NCBI GenBank assembly: GCA_035349055.1
Contig: DAOPRQ010000002.1
Span: 1,321-58,179 of the forward strand
Reading direction: 5' to 3'
From: Propionicimonas sp.
GTDB taxonomy: Bacteria > Actinomycetota > Actinomycetes > Propionibacteriales > Propionibacteriaceae
Length of the DNA stretch: 56,859 nt
Part shown: one piece after another, positions 1 to 11,357 of the stretch
How the letters are laid out: every line of letters starts with the position of its first letter
Position numbering within the stretch: position 1 is the stretch's first letter
Position numbers and translations under genes: made by a program
Notes under the pieces: model-generated
What the model was told of the DNA's origin: nothing
Seen by the model: the letters and a program-made list of their open reading frames with translations, nothing else
Database searches by the model: none

Positions 1-143
1 ATGCAGACCACTTCTCCTCGATGGATGGTGGTGGTGATGCCCTTGAGCACCTCGAGGTCACCGAAGGACTTGTGCAGGTCGTAGACCTGGATCTCGTCGT
101 TGCGATCTCCGGTGGGTACAACCGCTGGGGTGAGGGTGGTCAT
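1..143 (-). CDS. Polar amino acid ABC transporter ATP-binding protein (5' part only; runs off the window edge)
   Basis: Reverse strand from ATG at 143 reads MTTLTPAVVPTGDRNDEIQVYDLHKSFGDLEVLKGITTTIHRGEVVCI, a typical GlnQ-like N-terminus. ATGA overlap with the permease stop. Confidence 0.85.
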   Translation of the reverse strand, partial: MTTLTPAVVPTGDRNDEIQVYDLHKSFGDLEVLKGITTTIHRGEVVC

Positions 144-970
144 CGGGTGGCCTTCCGCTGCTGGGCTTCCATGCGCCGCACCAGGTAGGTCAACGGCAAG
201 GTGATGATCAGATAGCACAGGCCGGCCACGATGAGCGGCGTGAGGTTGCCGTTGCTGTTGGCGAGGTCGCGTCCGTACTTGGTCAACTCGAAGTTGGAGA
301 CAGTGAGCCCGAGCACGTAGACGAGCGAAGAGTCCTTGGTGAGCAGCACCAGTTCGTTGGTCAGTGGGGGTGTGATGATCCGGAAAGCCTGCGGCAGGAT
401 GATTCGCTGCATCGCCATTCCGGCGGGCATGCCCAAGGATCGCGCAGCCTCCATCTGGCCCTTGGGAACCGCTTGGATGCCGGCCCGAATGGTCTCCGAC
501 ATGTAGGCGGCCGAGACCATGCCGAGCGCGGTCCAGACCGTGCCATAAGGCTCCCAGGGCAGGTGCAGGCCGGGGAAAGCGATCGGCAGCAGGTTGAAGG
601 CGAGCAGGACGATGATCGCCGGAACCCCGCGGAAGAACTCGGTGTAGGCCGTGGCCAGCCAACGGTAGGGGCCGATCTGGGACAGCTTCATCAGCGCCAG
701 GATCGTGCCGAGGAGGAGACCGAAGACGAAGGCGCCAATGGTGTACAGGATCGTGTTGACCAATGCCCACAGCAGGTTGGGGCCAAGGGTCTTTGCGATC
801 ATGTCCGGCCGGAAGAAGACCTGCTGAAGCTGCCGGCCATCGGCGAGCAGGGCGACCGCAAGGAGCACCAAGGCGAGGATCACGTATTGCGCAATTCGGA
901 AGCGCTGCGCCCGCTTGCGCGGTGAGAGCTTCTTTCGCGGGATGGTGGTTGGAGCGACGGTCGTACTCAT
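140..970 (-). CDS. Polar amino acid ABC transporter permease (HisM/GlnP family)
   Basis: Hydrophobic protein with YTEFFRGVP, the EAA loop GQMEAARSLGM and LTKDSSL. Confidence 0.95.
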   Translation of the reverse strand: MSTTVAPTTIPRKKLSPRKRAQRFRIAQYVILALVLLAVALLADGRQLQQVFFRPDMIAKTLGPNLLWALVNTILYTIGAFVFGLLLGTILALMKLSQIGPYRWLATAYTEFFRGVPAIIVLLAFNLLPIAFPGLHLPWEPYGTVWTALGMVSAAYMSETIRAGIQAVPKGQMEAARSLGMPAGMAMQRIILPQAFRIITPPLTNELVLLTKDSSLVYVLGLTVSNFELTKYGRDLANSNGNLTPLIVAGLCYLIITLPLTYLVRRMEAQQRKATR

Positions 971-992
971 GCGGCCTCCTCAGGTTTGGCCT

Positions 993-1050
993 TGGCTGGA
1001 CGCCGTCCGTCCGACCGGGGCGTTTCGGCACCCGGCCGGACGGACAACGG
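993..1050 (-). other. GC-rich intergenic stem-loop between the substrate-binding and permease genes
   Basis: Imperfect inverted repeat GTCCGTCCGACCGGG...CCCGGCCGGACGGAC. Such structures commonly stabilise SBP mRNA (role inferred). Confidence 0.5.
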
Positions 1051-1058
1051 AAGTGGGG

Positions 1059-1880
1059 TCACTCGGTCGGCGCGTCGACTCCAAACCACTTCTTGTAGAT
1101 GGTGTTGTAGGTGCCGTCGGCCTTGGCCGCCTTGAGCGCATCGTTGATCGCGGTGAGCATGGCGGGATTGTCCTTGGCGGTGTTGAAACCGTAGTGCTCA
1201 CCGGTCTCGAACTCCTTCACCACGGTGGTGGTGGGGTTGTCCTTCGCGAAGTCGAAGACCACGCCATTGTCGTTGATATTGGCTGCGGCATTACCGGCCA
1301 GCACGGCGTTGGCGGCGGTGGGCATGTCGTCGTAGACCTTCACCTCGTAGCCGTACTCGGCCTTGTGGTCCTCGGCGTACTTCTGGCCGGTGGTATCGGT
1401 CTGGACGGCGAGGATCTTGCCCTTCAGGTCCTCAAGGCCCATGATGCCGGAATCGGTCTTGACCAGGAGTGCCTGGGTGGCGGCGAAGTAGGGATCCGAG
1501 AACGGCGCGGCCGCATTGCGCTCGTCGGTAATCGTGATCGCCGCAGCACCGGCATCGCACTTCTTGGCCGTAAACACGGCTCCCGAAGTGATCTGGCCGA
1601 AGTCGATGTCGACGATGTCCTGGGTCACCCCGAGCTTCTTGGCGACGAGGTCCATGAGATCGACGTCAAAGCCCACGATCTTGCCTGCGTCGTCCTTGAA
1701 CTGGAACGGCTTGTAGGCCAGATGGGTGCAGACGGTGAGCTTTCCAGCGCTGGCTAAAGCCGGGGCGGCGGCCGAACCACCGGTCGGGGCCGATGTGGCG
1801 GGCTGGGAGTAGTTGGCACAGCCGGTGAGCGCCAGGGTCAGGGCGGCCGCGCCAGCGGCGAGGCCCATGAGTCGCTTCAT
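1059..1880 (-). CDS. Amino acid ABC transporter substrate-binding lipoprotein (family 3)
   Basis: Lipobox LTGC; motifs GFDVDL, ITDER, FSDPYF and C-terminal DGTYNTIYKKWFG. Confidence 0.95.
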   Translation of the reverse strand: MKRLMGLAAGAAALTLALTGCANYSQPATSAPTGGSAAAPALASAGKLTVCTHLAYKPFQFKDDAGKIVGFDVDLMDLVAKKLGVTQDIVDIDFGQITSGAVFTAKKCDAGAAAITITDERNAAAPFSDPYFAATQALLVKTDSGIMGLEDLKGKILAVQTDTTGQKYAEDHKAEYGYEVKVYDDMPTAANAVLAGNAAANINDNGVVFDFAKDNPTTTVVKEFETGEHYGFNTAKDNPAMLTAINDALKAAKADGTYNTIYKKWFGVDAPTE

Positions 1881-2069
1881 CTAGGTCGTTCCTTTCAACG
1901 GTGACTGGGCGAATCCTGCCACTGCTTTGTTTCAGTTTGAAGAAGGATCCGCGGTTCAGAACAACCCGACTGCCGCCGATGACCGTGGAATTGGCGTCTA
2001 GCAATAGAATGGGCGGGTGCGCCCGTCGGGTCGCGCCAGGTGAAACGAACGAGGAAAGCACGGTCGGAC

Positions 2070-4867
<2,798 letters not shown>

Positions 4868-4871
<4 letters not shown>

Positions 4872-4951
4872 GCCTTACGCCTGTTCCACCGTCATCCCGG
4901 CGCTGAGCCCTGCGCCTGTTCCACCGTCATCCCGGCGGAGGCCGGGATCTC
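4868..4951. repeat. 35-bp tandem duplication ending in a REP-like hairpin
   Basis: 4868-4902 and 4903-4937 differ at 2 positions. Hairpin ATCCCGGC-GGAG-GCCGGGAT at 4929-4948. A related copy lies at 14391-14433. Confidence 0.85.
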
Positions 4952-5019
4952 AGCACGATCGGTGGAGCTGAGCCCTTCCCGGCCTAGGCTGGAGTTGGCT
5001 CTGAGCAGGGAGGCTCGCG

Positions 5020-6444
5020 ATGCGTGTCGGCATGTCTTCGGCGAGGATTTCGGTGGGGCTGGCGGTCGCGCTGGCCGTGCTTGGGTGCACCGGACCGGTC
5101 GAACTAGTGGTGGCTCAGGAAGCGGCCCTGCCCCAGGCGCCGACGACGACGGCAGCGGCCTTCCCCGACTTCGATGGCGACGGCACGGCTGATCTCGTCT
5201 ACGGCGTGGGCACGACCAGGAGCTACGTGGCCCTGTCTTACGGCTCCGGACGCTCCCAGACCATCACCCGCACGGACGCGGGTGGCACCGATCCCGCGTC
5301 CGACGACAACACCACCGGTTTCGGCCAGGGCCTGTTGGCCCGCAACCTGAACGGTGACGCCTACGCCGACCTGGTCGTGGTCGACGCCTCGCAAGGGGCG
5401 GGTTCTGCGCTCTACCTGGTCTTCGGTTCGGCGGACGGGCTGCGGCCCGCAGCGGCCAGGCGTTACCCGGTGCCGTCGGGGATGTACGGCTTCCACGGCT
5501 CTCCGGCTCTGCTGGAGTCTCCGGGCCGGCTGCTGGTGGTGTCGACAGGCGTGCCAGGGATCAAGGGCGGAGCGGTGCTCGCCTACCAGCTGGGTGCGGA
5601 CGGTCTGCCCACTGGCGCTCCGAAGCTGCTGAGCCAGCAGAACCTTCCCGGCACCGACGAGAACGGCGACGCCTTCGGCACGTCGATCGCTGCGTCCGGG
5701 AATCTGCTGCTGATCGGCATTCCCGGTGAGGACCTGGACAGCGTGCAGCGCGCCGGCGCGGTGCTGGTGCTGAAGTACGGCGGCGGGTTCAAGTTCACCG
5801 GCACAACCATCACGCAGAGGACCGCGGGCGTCACCGGAAAGGCCGAGCGTTGGGACGGCTTCGGCCGCTCGGTCGCGATCGCCGGTGGTTATGCTGCGGT
5901 CGGTGTCCCGGGTGAGGATCTGGGCAAGCGGGACGCGGGTGCGGTGCACGTGTTCAAAGTGACCAAAGGCGAGCTGAAGCACGTCGCTCGGGTCAGTCAG
6001 GACAGCAAATGGGTGTCGGGCAAGGGCGAGACCGGCGACATGTTCGGCTATTCGGTGGCGATCGGCCGCACCTGCGATGGGTACCCCGGGCTGCTGGTGG
6101 GGGCGCCGCACGAGGCGATCGGAAGCATCGCGGCGGCTGGTTCGGCGTGGTTGATCCCGATCGAGCGGCATCCCGGAGACTGCCCGGTGCAGCTGTACGA
6201 GGGCGGTCGCCTTGGTGGTACCGCCCGCGAGATGGCGAGCGTCGGCGCCGCGGTGTCGATGTTGCGCAGTGGCAAGGTCGGTGCGGATACGGTCGTGCTG
6301 ACTTCCCCCGGCATGTCTGAAGAGGGCGTGTACGGCCGGGTGATCACTCAGGCCACACCGTTCTCTGGCAATGCGGCGACGGTCGCCAAGGACCTGATCC
6401 TGAACGAGAACAGCACCCTGGTACTCAGCCCGCCAGCGGGCTGA
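5020..6444 (+). CDS. Secreted FG-GAP (integrin alpha-like beta-propeller) repeat protein
   Basis: N-terminal signal or lipoprotein-like segment. Ca-loops DFDGDGTADL and NLNGDAYADL. Repeats FGTSIA..IGIPGED, FGRSVA..VGVPGED and FGYSVA..VGAPHE. Confidence 0.85.
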   Translation: MRVGMSSARISVGLAVALAVLGCTGPVELVVAQEAALPQAPTTTAAAFPDFDGDGTADLVYGVGTTRSYVALSYGSGRSQTITRTDAGGTDPASDDNTTGFGQGLLARNLNGDAYADLVVVDASQGAGSALYLVFGSADGLRPAAARRYPVPSGMYGFHGSPALLESPGRLLVVSTGVPGIKGGAVLAYQLGADGLPTGAPKLLSQQNLPGTDENGDAFGTSIAASGNLLLIGIPGEDLDSVQRAGAVLVLKYGGGFKFTGTTITQRTAGVTGKAERWDGFGRSVAIAGGYAAVGVPGEDLGKRDAGAVHVFKVTKGELKHVARVSQDSKWVSGKGETGDMFGYSVAIGRTCDGYPGLLVGAPHEAIGSIAAAGSAWLIPIERHPGDCPVQLYEGGRLGGTAREMASVGAAVSMLRSGKVGADTVVLTSPGMSEEGVYGRVITQATPFSGNAATVAKDLILNENSTLVLSPPAG

Positions 6445-6931
6445 TCCAGCCGGCTCCGTGCACGACGTTCGGACGCAGGGCGATCGATAGGTGTGTGCCG
6501 ACCCACTGGTCCCGCCGCAACGCGACGCGTAGCGCGGCGGCTCGGGAGGCTGAGCCTTGGCGCAGGTGGGCCGATACCTCCAGCACCCGGGCGTTGGGCG
6601 CCTGGACGCGGATCGACTGCAGGCGGAGCCCGCTGCCCAGCCGGGCACCCCGAAGGTGTTCGATCAGCGCGAGTAGCTCCGGATCGAGCCAGCGTTCGAG
6701 TTGGAGTGGGGAGCGCTGCCCGGACAGCACTTCGACGACGGCTGCCATCAGCGCGGACGCGAACTGCCGCAGCTGTGGTTCCACGGGCGAATCTGCCTGG
6801 ACGACCTCGGTGGCGTCGAGCCAGGGCAGCGTGGGCTGGGTGTCGCCGAGGTATTCGGCGGGCACCAGCAGCGGGATCGCCGGCGGACGCGAGATGGGCG
6901 CGGCGTGGCATTTCGCTTGGCTGGGATGCAT
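6425..6931 (-). CDS. Rv3235 family protein
   Basis: VVEVLSGQRSPLQLERW...SIRVQAP..VLEVSA...RAAALRV...W pattern. Usual neighbour of secA in Actinobacteria. ATG 6931 follows GAGAGGGG. Confidence 0.75.
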   Translation of the reverse strand: MHPSQAKCHAAPISRPPAIPLLVPAEYLGDTQPTLPWLDATEVVQADSPVEPQLRQFASALMAAVVEVLSGQRSPLQLERWLDPELLALIEHLRGARLGSGLRLQSIRVQAPNARVLEVSAHLRQGSASRAAALRVALRRDQWVGTHLSIALRPNVVHGAGWISPLAG

Positions 6932-7009
6932 CGGCAGCCCCTCTCGATTCGACGCTGCCACCACGATCGCGGTTGGCGTCCGCCGAATTCCAGGGTGCAC
7001 GAGGCAATC

Positions 7010-7034
7010 TGTGGATAACTCCTGGTCATCCACA
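7010..7034. promoter_or_regulatory. Pair of inverted DnaA-box-like 9-mers
   Basis: TGTGGATAA at 7010-7018 is the reverse complement of TTATCCACA. TCATCCACA at 7026-7034 has one mismatch. Confidence 0.4.
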
Positions 7035-7041
7035 ACCCGGA

Positions 7042-8343
7042 TCAGGGTGAGAACAGCAGCACCAGGCCACCGCAGGTGTAGCCGATCATCACCAGCAGCA
7101 TCGCGAGCTGGCCGGACGTCCGACGCTTGGGCGGCAGCAGGGTCAGGCTCACCTCATGCGCCACCAGGACGCCGATCACGTGGCCGCCGACGATGGCGAT
7201 CAGTTGGATCAGCGCCGTGATCGCCGGGGTTTCCAACCAGAACAGGTTGATGCCCAGCTCGGCTGTGCCGAAGGTGTTCCAGCCCAGGCCGAGCGGATCG
7301 GAGAGGTTGATCAGCGTCCGCTGCCCTTCCAGCACGAGCAGGCTCAGGTAGTGCGCGACGGCATAGCCGATCACGATCGGGATCACGCTGGCGGCGATGC
7401 GGTCGAAGGTGCGTCCGGTCAGCCGACCCAGGCCGCGTGCGCCCAGGGCAAGGGTGACGCCGACCAGGGCGACCATGCCGAGCAGGCCGAGCGTCCCCCA
7501 GAAGGTGCCGGGCAACGCCGAGGTCTGCGTGGTGCGCACCCACCAGGTGGTGCCGGTGAAGCCGTCGAACGCGGTGATGCCGAGCAGTGCCGTGACCACC
7601 GCCCAGGTGCCGTGCGGAGCCGTGGAGGTGCTGAGGTTGCGCAGCGGGTTCACCAGCAAGGGCCGCTGCCACCACGACGCCCTGGCCACGGTCGTTGCGT
7701 ACACCTCGAACGGGTCGGACGCGGCCAGCCACCGTTCACCGAACACCACGGCCCCGCCGAGGCAGCCAATCACCCAGGCCAGCCACCACCCCTGCAGTAC
7801 CGCGAGGGTGTTGTTGTCCGGCTGGACGAGTTCCAGCCAGCCGAAGCCGATCAGGGCCAGCGCCGCCGGATACTGGCCCAGCCGCTGCCACAGCGAAGCG
7901 CTGAGCGGCCGGAAACCGTCGGCCGGCAAGCCAAGATGCACCATGCCGCGGTGCAGGGTGCGCAACGGGTTCAGCGTCCGCCAGACCGGTCCGAGCAGCA
8001 GTGAAAGCGGCACCAGTCCCACCCAAACCCAGACGTAGGTGAAGCCGAAGACCGGGTTGGTTACCCGGTCCTGGCCGAACCAGAGCGCCATCCCCACCCA
8101 GGCGAACGCGAACAGGCCGAGGGCGGCGACCAGGCCCCGCGTCCACTTGGAATCGATGAACCGGGAGAGCCGGGGAAGCGCGCGTCCGCCGGGGTGCCCC
8201 GACCACCGGCTCGTCCGCCAAGCGAAGGCCAGCACCCCGAAGGACACCAGCAGGACGACCACCGCGCCCCCGACGACGGCAGGGAACGGCAGCGGCAGGT
8301 CCTGCCGCGAGCCGAGGCCGTGCAGGGGGAGCAGCAGGGTCAC
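7042..8343 (-). CDS. Conserved multi-pass membrane protein of unknown function
   Basis: About 10-11 hydrophobic segments. Motifs HGLGSRQDLPLP, AHYLS, LSDPLGLGW and GHVIGVLVAHE. Confidence 0.8.
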   Translation of the reverse strand: MTLLLPLHGLGSRQDLPLPFPAVVGGAVVVLLVSFGVLAFAWRTSRWSGHPGGRALPRLSRFIDSKWTRGLVAALGLFAFAWVGMALWFGQDRVTNPVFGFTYVWVWVGLVPLSLLLGPVWRTLNPLRTLHRGMVHLGLPADGFRPLSASLWQRLGQYPAALALIGFGWLELVQPDNNTLAVLQGWWLAWVIGCLGGAVVFGERWLAASDPFEVYATTVARASWWQRPLLVNPLRNLSTSTAPHGTWAVVTALLGITAFDGFTGTTWWVRTTQTSALPGTFWGTLGLLGMVALVGVTLALGARGLGRLTGRTFDRIAASVIPIVIGYAVAHYLSLLVLEGQRTLINLSDPLGLGWNTFGTAELGINLFWLETPAITALIQLIAIVGGHVIGVLVAHEVSLTLLPPKRRTSGQLAMLLVMIGYTCGGLVLLFSP

Positions 8344-8687
8344 TGGATCTGTAGTTGCAGGAGTGTGAAGACCGGCTCGTGCGACTCCACCTCGAAGCGG
8401 CCGACCTTGTCCATGACCAGATCCCTGGTCACCGTCTCCCCGGCCTTGACCTCGATCTCGACGTCGAAACCATGGACGTGCACCGCATCGGCGCGATCAG
8501 AGGTGATCGTGAGCACCAGATGCTGCCCCTTCACCAGTTCGACCTTTTCGGCGATCGGCTCAGCCTTGCCGTCCGCGAGCGTGATGGTCACCTGCTTGGG
8601 TGGCGGTGGGGCGCTGGTCGAGGACGCGCCGGCGGCACAGCCGCTGAGCAGCACGAGCGCCAGCCAGGTCACAAGCAGTCGTTTCAT
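8340..8687 (-). CDS. Lipoprotein with a cupredoxin-like domain
   Basis: MKRLL...LLSGC lipobox; beta-rich domain with VHVHGFD and GRFEVESHE. GTGA overlap with the downstream membrane protein gene. Confidence 0.75.
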   Translation of the reverse strand: MKRLLVTWLALVLLSGCAAGASSTSAPPPPKQVTITLADGKAEPIAEKVELVKGQHLVLTITSDRADAVHVHGFDVEIEVKAGETVTRDLVMDKVGRFEVESHEPVFTLLQLQIQ

Positions 8688-8748
8688 TCGTCCTCCTGCG
8701 CCGATTCTGTCACCAACTTCGCAGGCTTCTGCTGAGTAGGGTGGAAGC

Positions 8749-10008
8749 GTGAGTGATCCGGTGTCGGTGACCGAGGCGGCGCTACTGGCGCGCGACCAGG
8801 AGTCCCAGCCATGGCAGCAGGCTTTCGTGGCGATGTTGAGCGGGCCGCTGACCCGGGAACAGCTGATCGATCGGGTCACCGAGCGCATCGGTTACGCGCC
8901 GCGGTTCCGCAGGCTCGTTACCGGCTGGCCGCTGCCCACCTGGGTTGACGACGTCGGCTTCAGCGTGGGCGGCCACGTCCGGGAGGCCACCCTCGCCCCC
9001 GGGGAGCGACTTGAGAGCTGGCTCAGCGCCAAGTTGCAGTCGGGCCTCGACCGTGCCCATTCGCCCTGGGAGGCCACCCTGGTGCACGGCATCGCGCCCG
9101 GCACCACAGCCCTGGTGGTGCGGACGCACGCCGCCTTGGTCGACGGGTACGACAACGTCCATCTGCTGCAGGAGCTGTTCGACGAGTATGCCGAAGACAT
9201 CACTGACGTGGATGATGCCTGGCAGCCGCGTGCGGCCGAGGCGTTCGGGGTCGCGGATGTGCTGAGTGGCCTGAACGACCCGCTGCAGGCGCTGAAGAGT
9301 GCGGCCACCGGGCTGGTCGGCATGGTCGAGAACGCCGTCCGGACGGCTTCGGCGACCGCCCGTCCACAGCATTTGGCCGGTGTCGAGGTCGATCTGGACG
9401 CGCTGGCCGCCGTCCGTGAACGCTTCGGTTGCACAACCCATGACGTGATCCTCGCGCTGGCTACGGCCGGCGTCCGCGGTTGGATGGTCGAGCACAACCG
9501 GGAACTGGTCGACCAGGTCGCGCTGGTTCCGCTGGCTGTGGCCGAGCCCGCGGTGCTGGAGAGTGCGATCGGCTGCCGGGTGGCACCGTCCTGGGTCGCG
9601 CTGCCGATCGGAGTGGCGGACGCGGCCGACCGGCTGCGCACGCTGGCCACCCTCACCCGCGCGCGCATCGACACCGGCGTGAGCGTGCCCGCCCGTGACC
9701 TGATCGACCTCGCCGGGTTCGCGCCACCCACCCTGCACAGCGTCGCCTCGGGAACGGTGGCCGCGGGGCGGCCACACTCGGTGATGGTGACGAACGTTCC
9801 CGGGCCGGCGACCAGGCGGTATCTCGGCCGGGCGAGGTTGAGCCGGGTCTATGCGGTCTCGGCGACCACGGACTCCCAGGACGTGTCGGTTTCGATCGTC
9901 AGCTACGCCGGACGGGTCTCGTTCGGCGCGGTCGCGGTCGAGCCGCTCGGCCACTGGGCTGCCGACATCGACGCGGAACTGACCGCGCTGCGAGGGGAGG
10001 CGAGATGA
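8749..10008 (+). CDS. Wax ester synthase/diacylglycerol acyltransferase-like protein (Rv3234c/Rv3233c-like)
   Basis: [22 protein letters not shown] (HHxxxDG-like), TTHDVILA and VTNVPGP. Confidence 0.8.
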   Translation: MSDPVSVTEAALLARDQESQPWQQAFVAMLSGPLTREQLIDRVTERIGYAPRFRRLVTGWPLPTWVDDVGFSVGGHVREATLAPGERLESWLSAKLQSGLDRAHSPWEATLVHGIAPGTTALVVRTHAALVDGYDNVHLLQELFDEYAEDITDVDDAWQPRAAEAFGVADVLSGLNDPLQALKSAATGLVGMVENAVRTASATARPQHLAGVEVDLDALAAVRERFGCTTHDVILALATAGVRGWMVEHNRELVDQVALVPLAVAEPAVLESAIGCRVAPSWVALPIGVADAADRLRTLATLTRARIDTGVSVPARDLIDLAGFAPPTLHSVASGTVAAGRPHSVMVTNVPGPATRRYLGRARLSRVYAVSATTDSQDVSVSIVSYAGRVSFGAVAVEPLGHWAADIDAELTALRGEAR

Positions 10009-10472
10009 CGCTGGTCTTCGTGCCGGTGACGGTTGCGGAGCTCACTGATTGGGCCACCACCGGATCACTGCCAGGCCGACGGGCGGCTTTCGCAACCACC
10101 CCCGGACTGGTCGCAGCCTTCGAGGTCAGCGACCCCGAAGAAGCCGAACACATCGCACTCCTAGCGGCGAGTGTGGCCGGGTTGGCGGCGTCCGGTACTC
10201 GACTGGTCGCGGTAGCGGAGGCGTCCACTACCGCCGGGGCTGACAGCGGGGCGGACTTCGGCGAAGTCTGTGTGACCGACCTGCCGTACCGCACGGTGCA
10301 GAGCCTGTTCGCCGACGAAGCCGCGGCCGAGGGCCTATCGGAAGCCGCGGCGGCCGTCCGCGGAGCTGACCTGGAGACCGCGTGGGACCACCCCGCGGTG
10401 GTTAAAGTGCTCCGGACTGCTGAGTTGCTCTGGCATGGCGCCGGGGAATGGTCCAGCCTAAGTACTGGCTGA
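10005..10472 (+). CDS. DUF6912 family protein (Rv3231c-like)
   Basis: [31 protein letters not shown] and [12 protein letters not shown] coupling to the WS/DGAT gene. Confidence 0.65.
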   Translation: MTLVFVPVTVAELTDWATTGSLPGRRAAFATTPGLVAAFEVSDPEEAEHIALLAASVAGLAASGTRLVAVAEASTTAGADSGADFGEVCVTDLPYRTVQSLFADEAAAEGLSEAAAAVRGADLETAWDHPAVVKVLRTAELLWHGAGEWSSLSTG

Positions 10473-10508
10473 AAGAACTGGTTGAGCCACGAGGCAGAGG
10501 GAGGCAGC

Positions 10509-11309
10509 ATGCCCAGGTCGATCTGGAAGGGCGCGGTGTCCTTCGGGCTGGTGACCATCCCGGTGAAGCTCTACGGAGCGACCCAGGAGAAGGACATCAG
10601 CTTCCGGCAGGTGCATGCCGCCGACAACGGACGCATTCGGTACAAGCGGGTCTGCGAGGTCTGTGGCGAGGAGGTGCCGTACGCGGAGATCGCCAAGGGC
10701 TACGAAGCCGCGGACGGACGGATGGCCGTGCTCACCGATGAGGACTTCGCCGACCTGCCGGCAGCGCAGGGCAAGGCGGTGGAGGTGGTGCAGTTCGTCG
10801 ACGTGGACGAGATCGACCCGACCTACTTCGACCGGACGTACTTCCTGGAGCCGGAGAAGTCGGGCAACAAGCCCTACATCCTGCTACGGCAGGCGCTGGC
10901 CGAGAGCGGCAAGGCCGCGGTGGTGAAGGTGGCGTTGCGGTCGCGGGAGTCGTTGGCGCTGATCCGTCCGGTGGGCGAGGTGCTGCGGCTGCACACCATG
11001 ATCTGGCCGGACGAACTTCGTGACGACGACTTCGCCGCACCCACCGAAGAGGTGAAGGTGAACGACGCCGAGGTCGGCATGGCCCGGATGTTCATCGAGC
11101 AGTTGAGCGGGAAGTGGGATCCCGACCAGTTCACCGACGACTACCGCGAAGCCCTGGAGAAGGTCATCGAAGCCAAGCTGGAGGGCGTGGAACTGCCGGT
11201 CGAGGCTGAGGGCACTCCCAGTGGCGCCCAGGTGGTCGATCTGGTCGAGGCGCTACGGGCCTCGGTCGAAGCGGCCAAGGCGCGGCGGGCGCAGGCCCAG
11301 GCCAGCTAG
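10509..11309 (+). CDS. ku: Non-homologous end-joining protein Ku
   Basis: MPRSIWKGAVSFGLVTIPVKLY, RIRYKRVCEVCG, YFDRTYFLEP and VVDLVEALRASV. RBS GGAGG precedes ATG 10509. Confidence 0.96.
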   Translation: MPRSIWKGAVSFGLVTIPVKLYGATQEKDISFRQVHAADNGRIRYKRVCEVCGEEVPYAEIAKGYEAADGRMAVLTDEDFADLPAAQGKAVEVVQFVDVDEIDPTYFDRTYFLEPEKSGNKPYILLRQALAESGKAAVVKVALRSRESLALIRPVGEVLRLHTMIWPDELRDDDFAAPTEEVKVNDAEVGMARMFIEQLSGKWDPDQFTDDYREALEKVIEAKLEGVELPVEAEGTPSGAQVVDLVEALRASVEAAKARRAQAQAS

Positions 11310-11326
11310 CTCCACAACGGTTCCCC

Positions 11327-11340
11327 GAGCTTGTCGAGGG
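11327..11340. repeat. Short REP-like element, GAGC(C/T)TGTCGA family
   Basis: GAGCTTGTCGAGGG. Related copies at 19360-19380, 33461-33482 and 33506-33539 (reverse). Confidence 0.55.
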
Positions 11341-11357
11341 GGCTATAGAGTCGGCTG

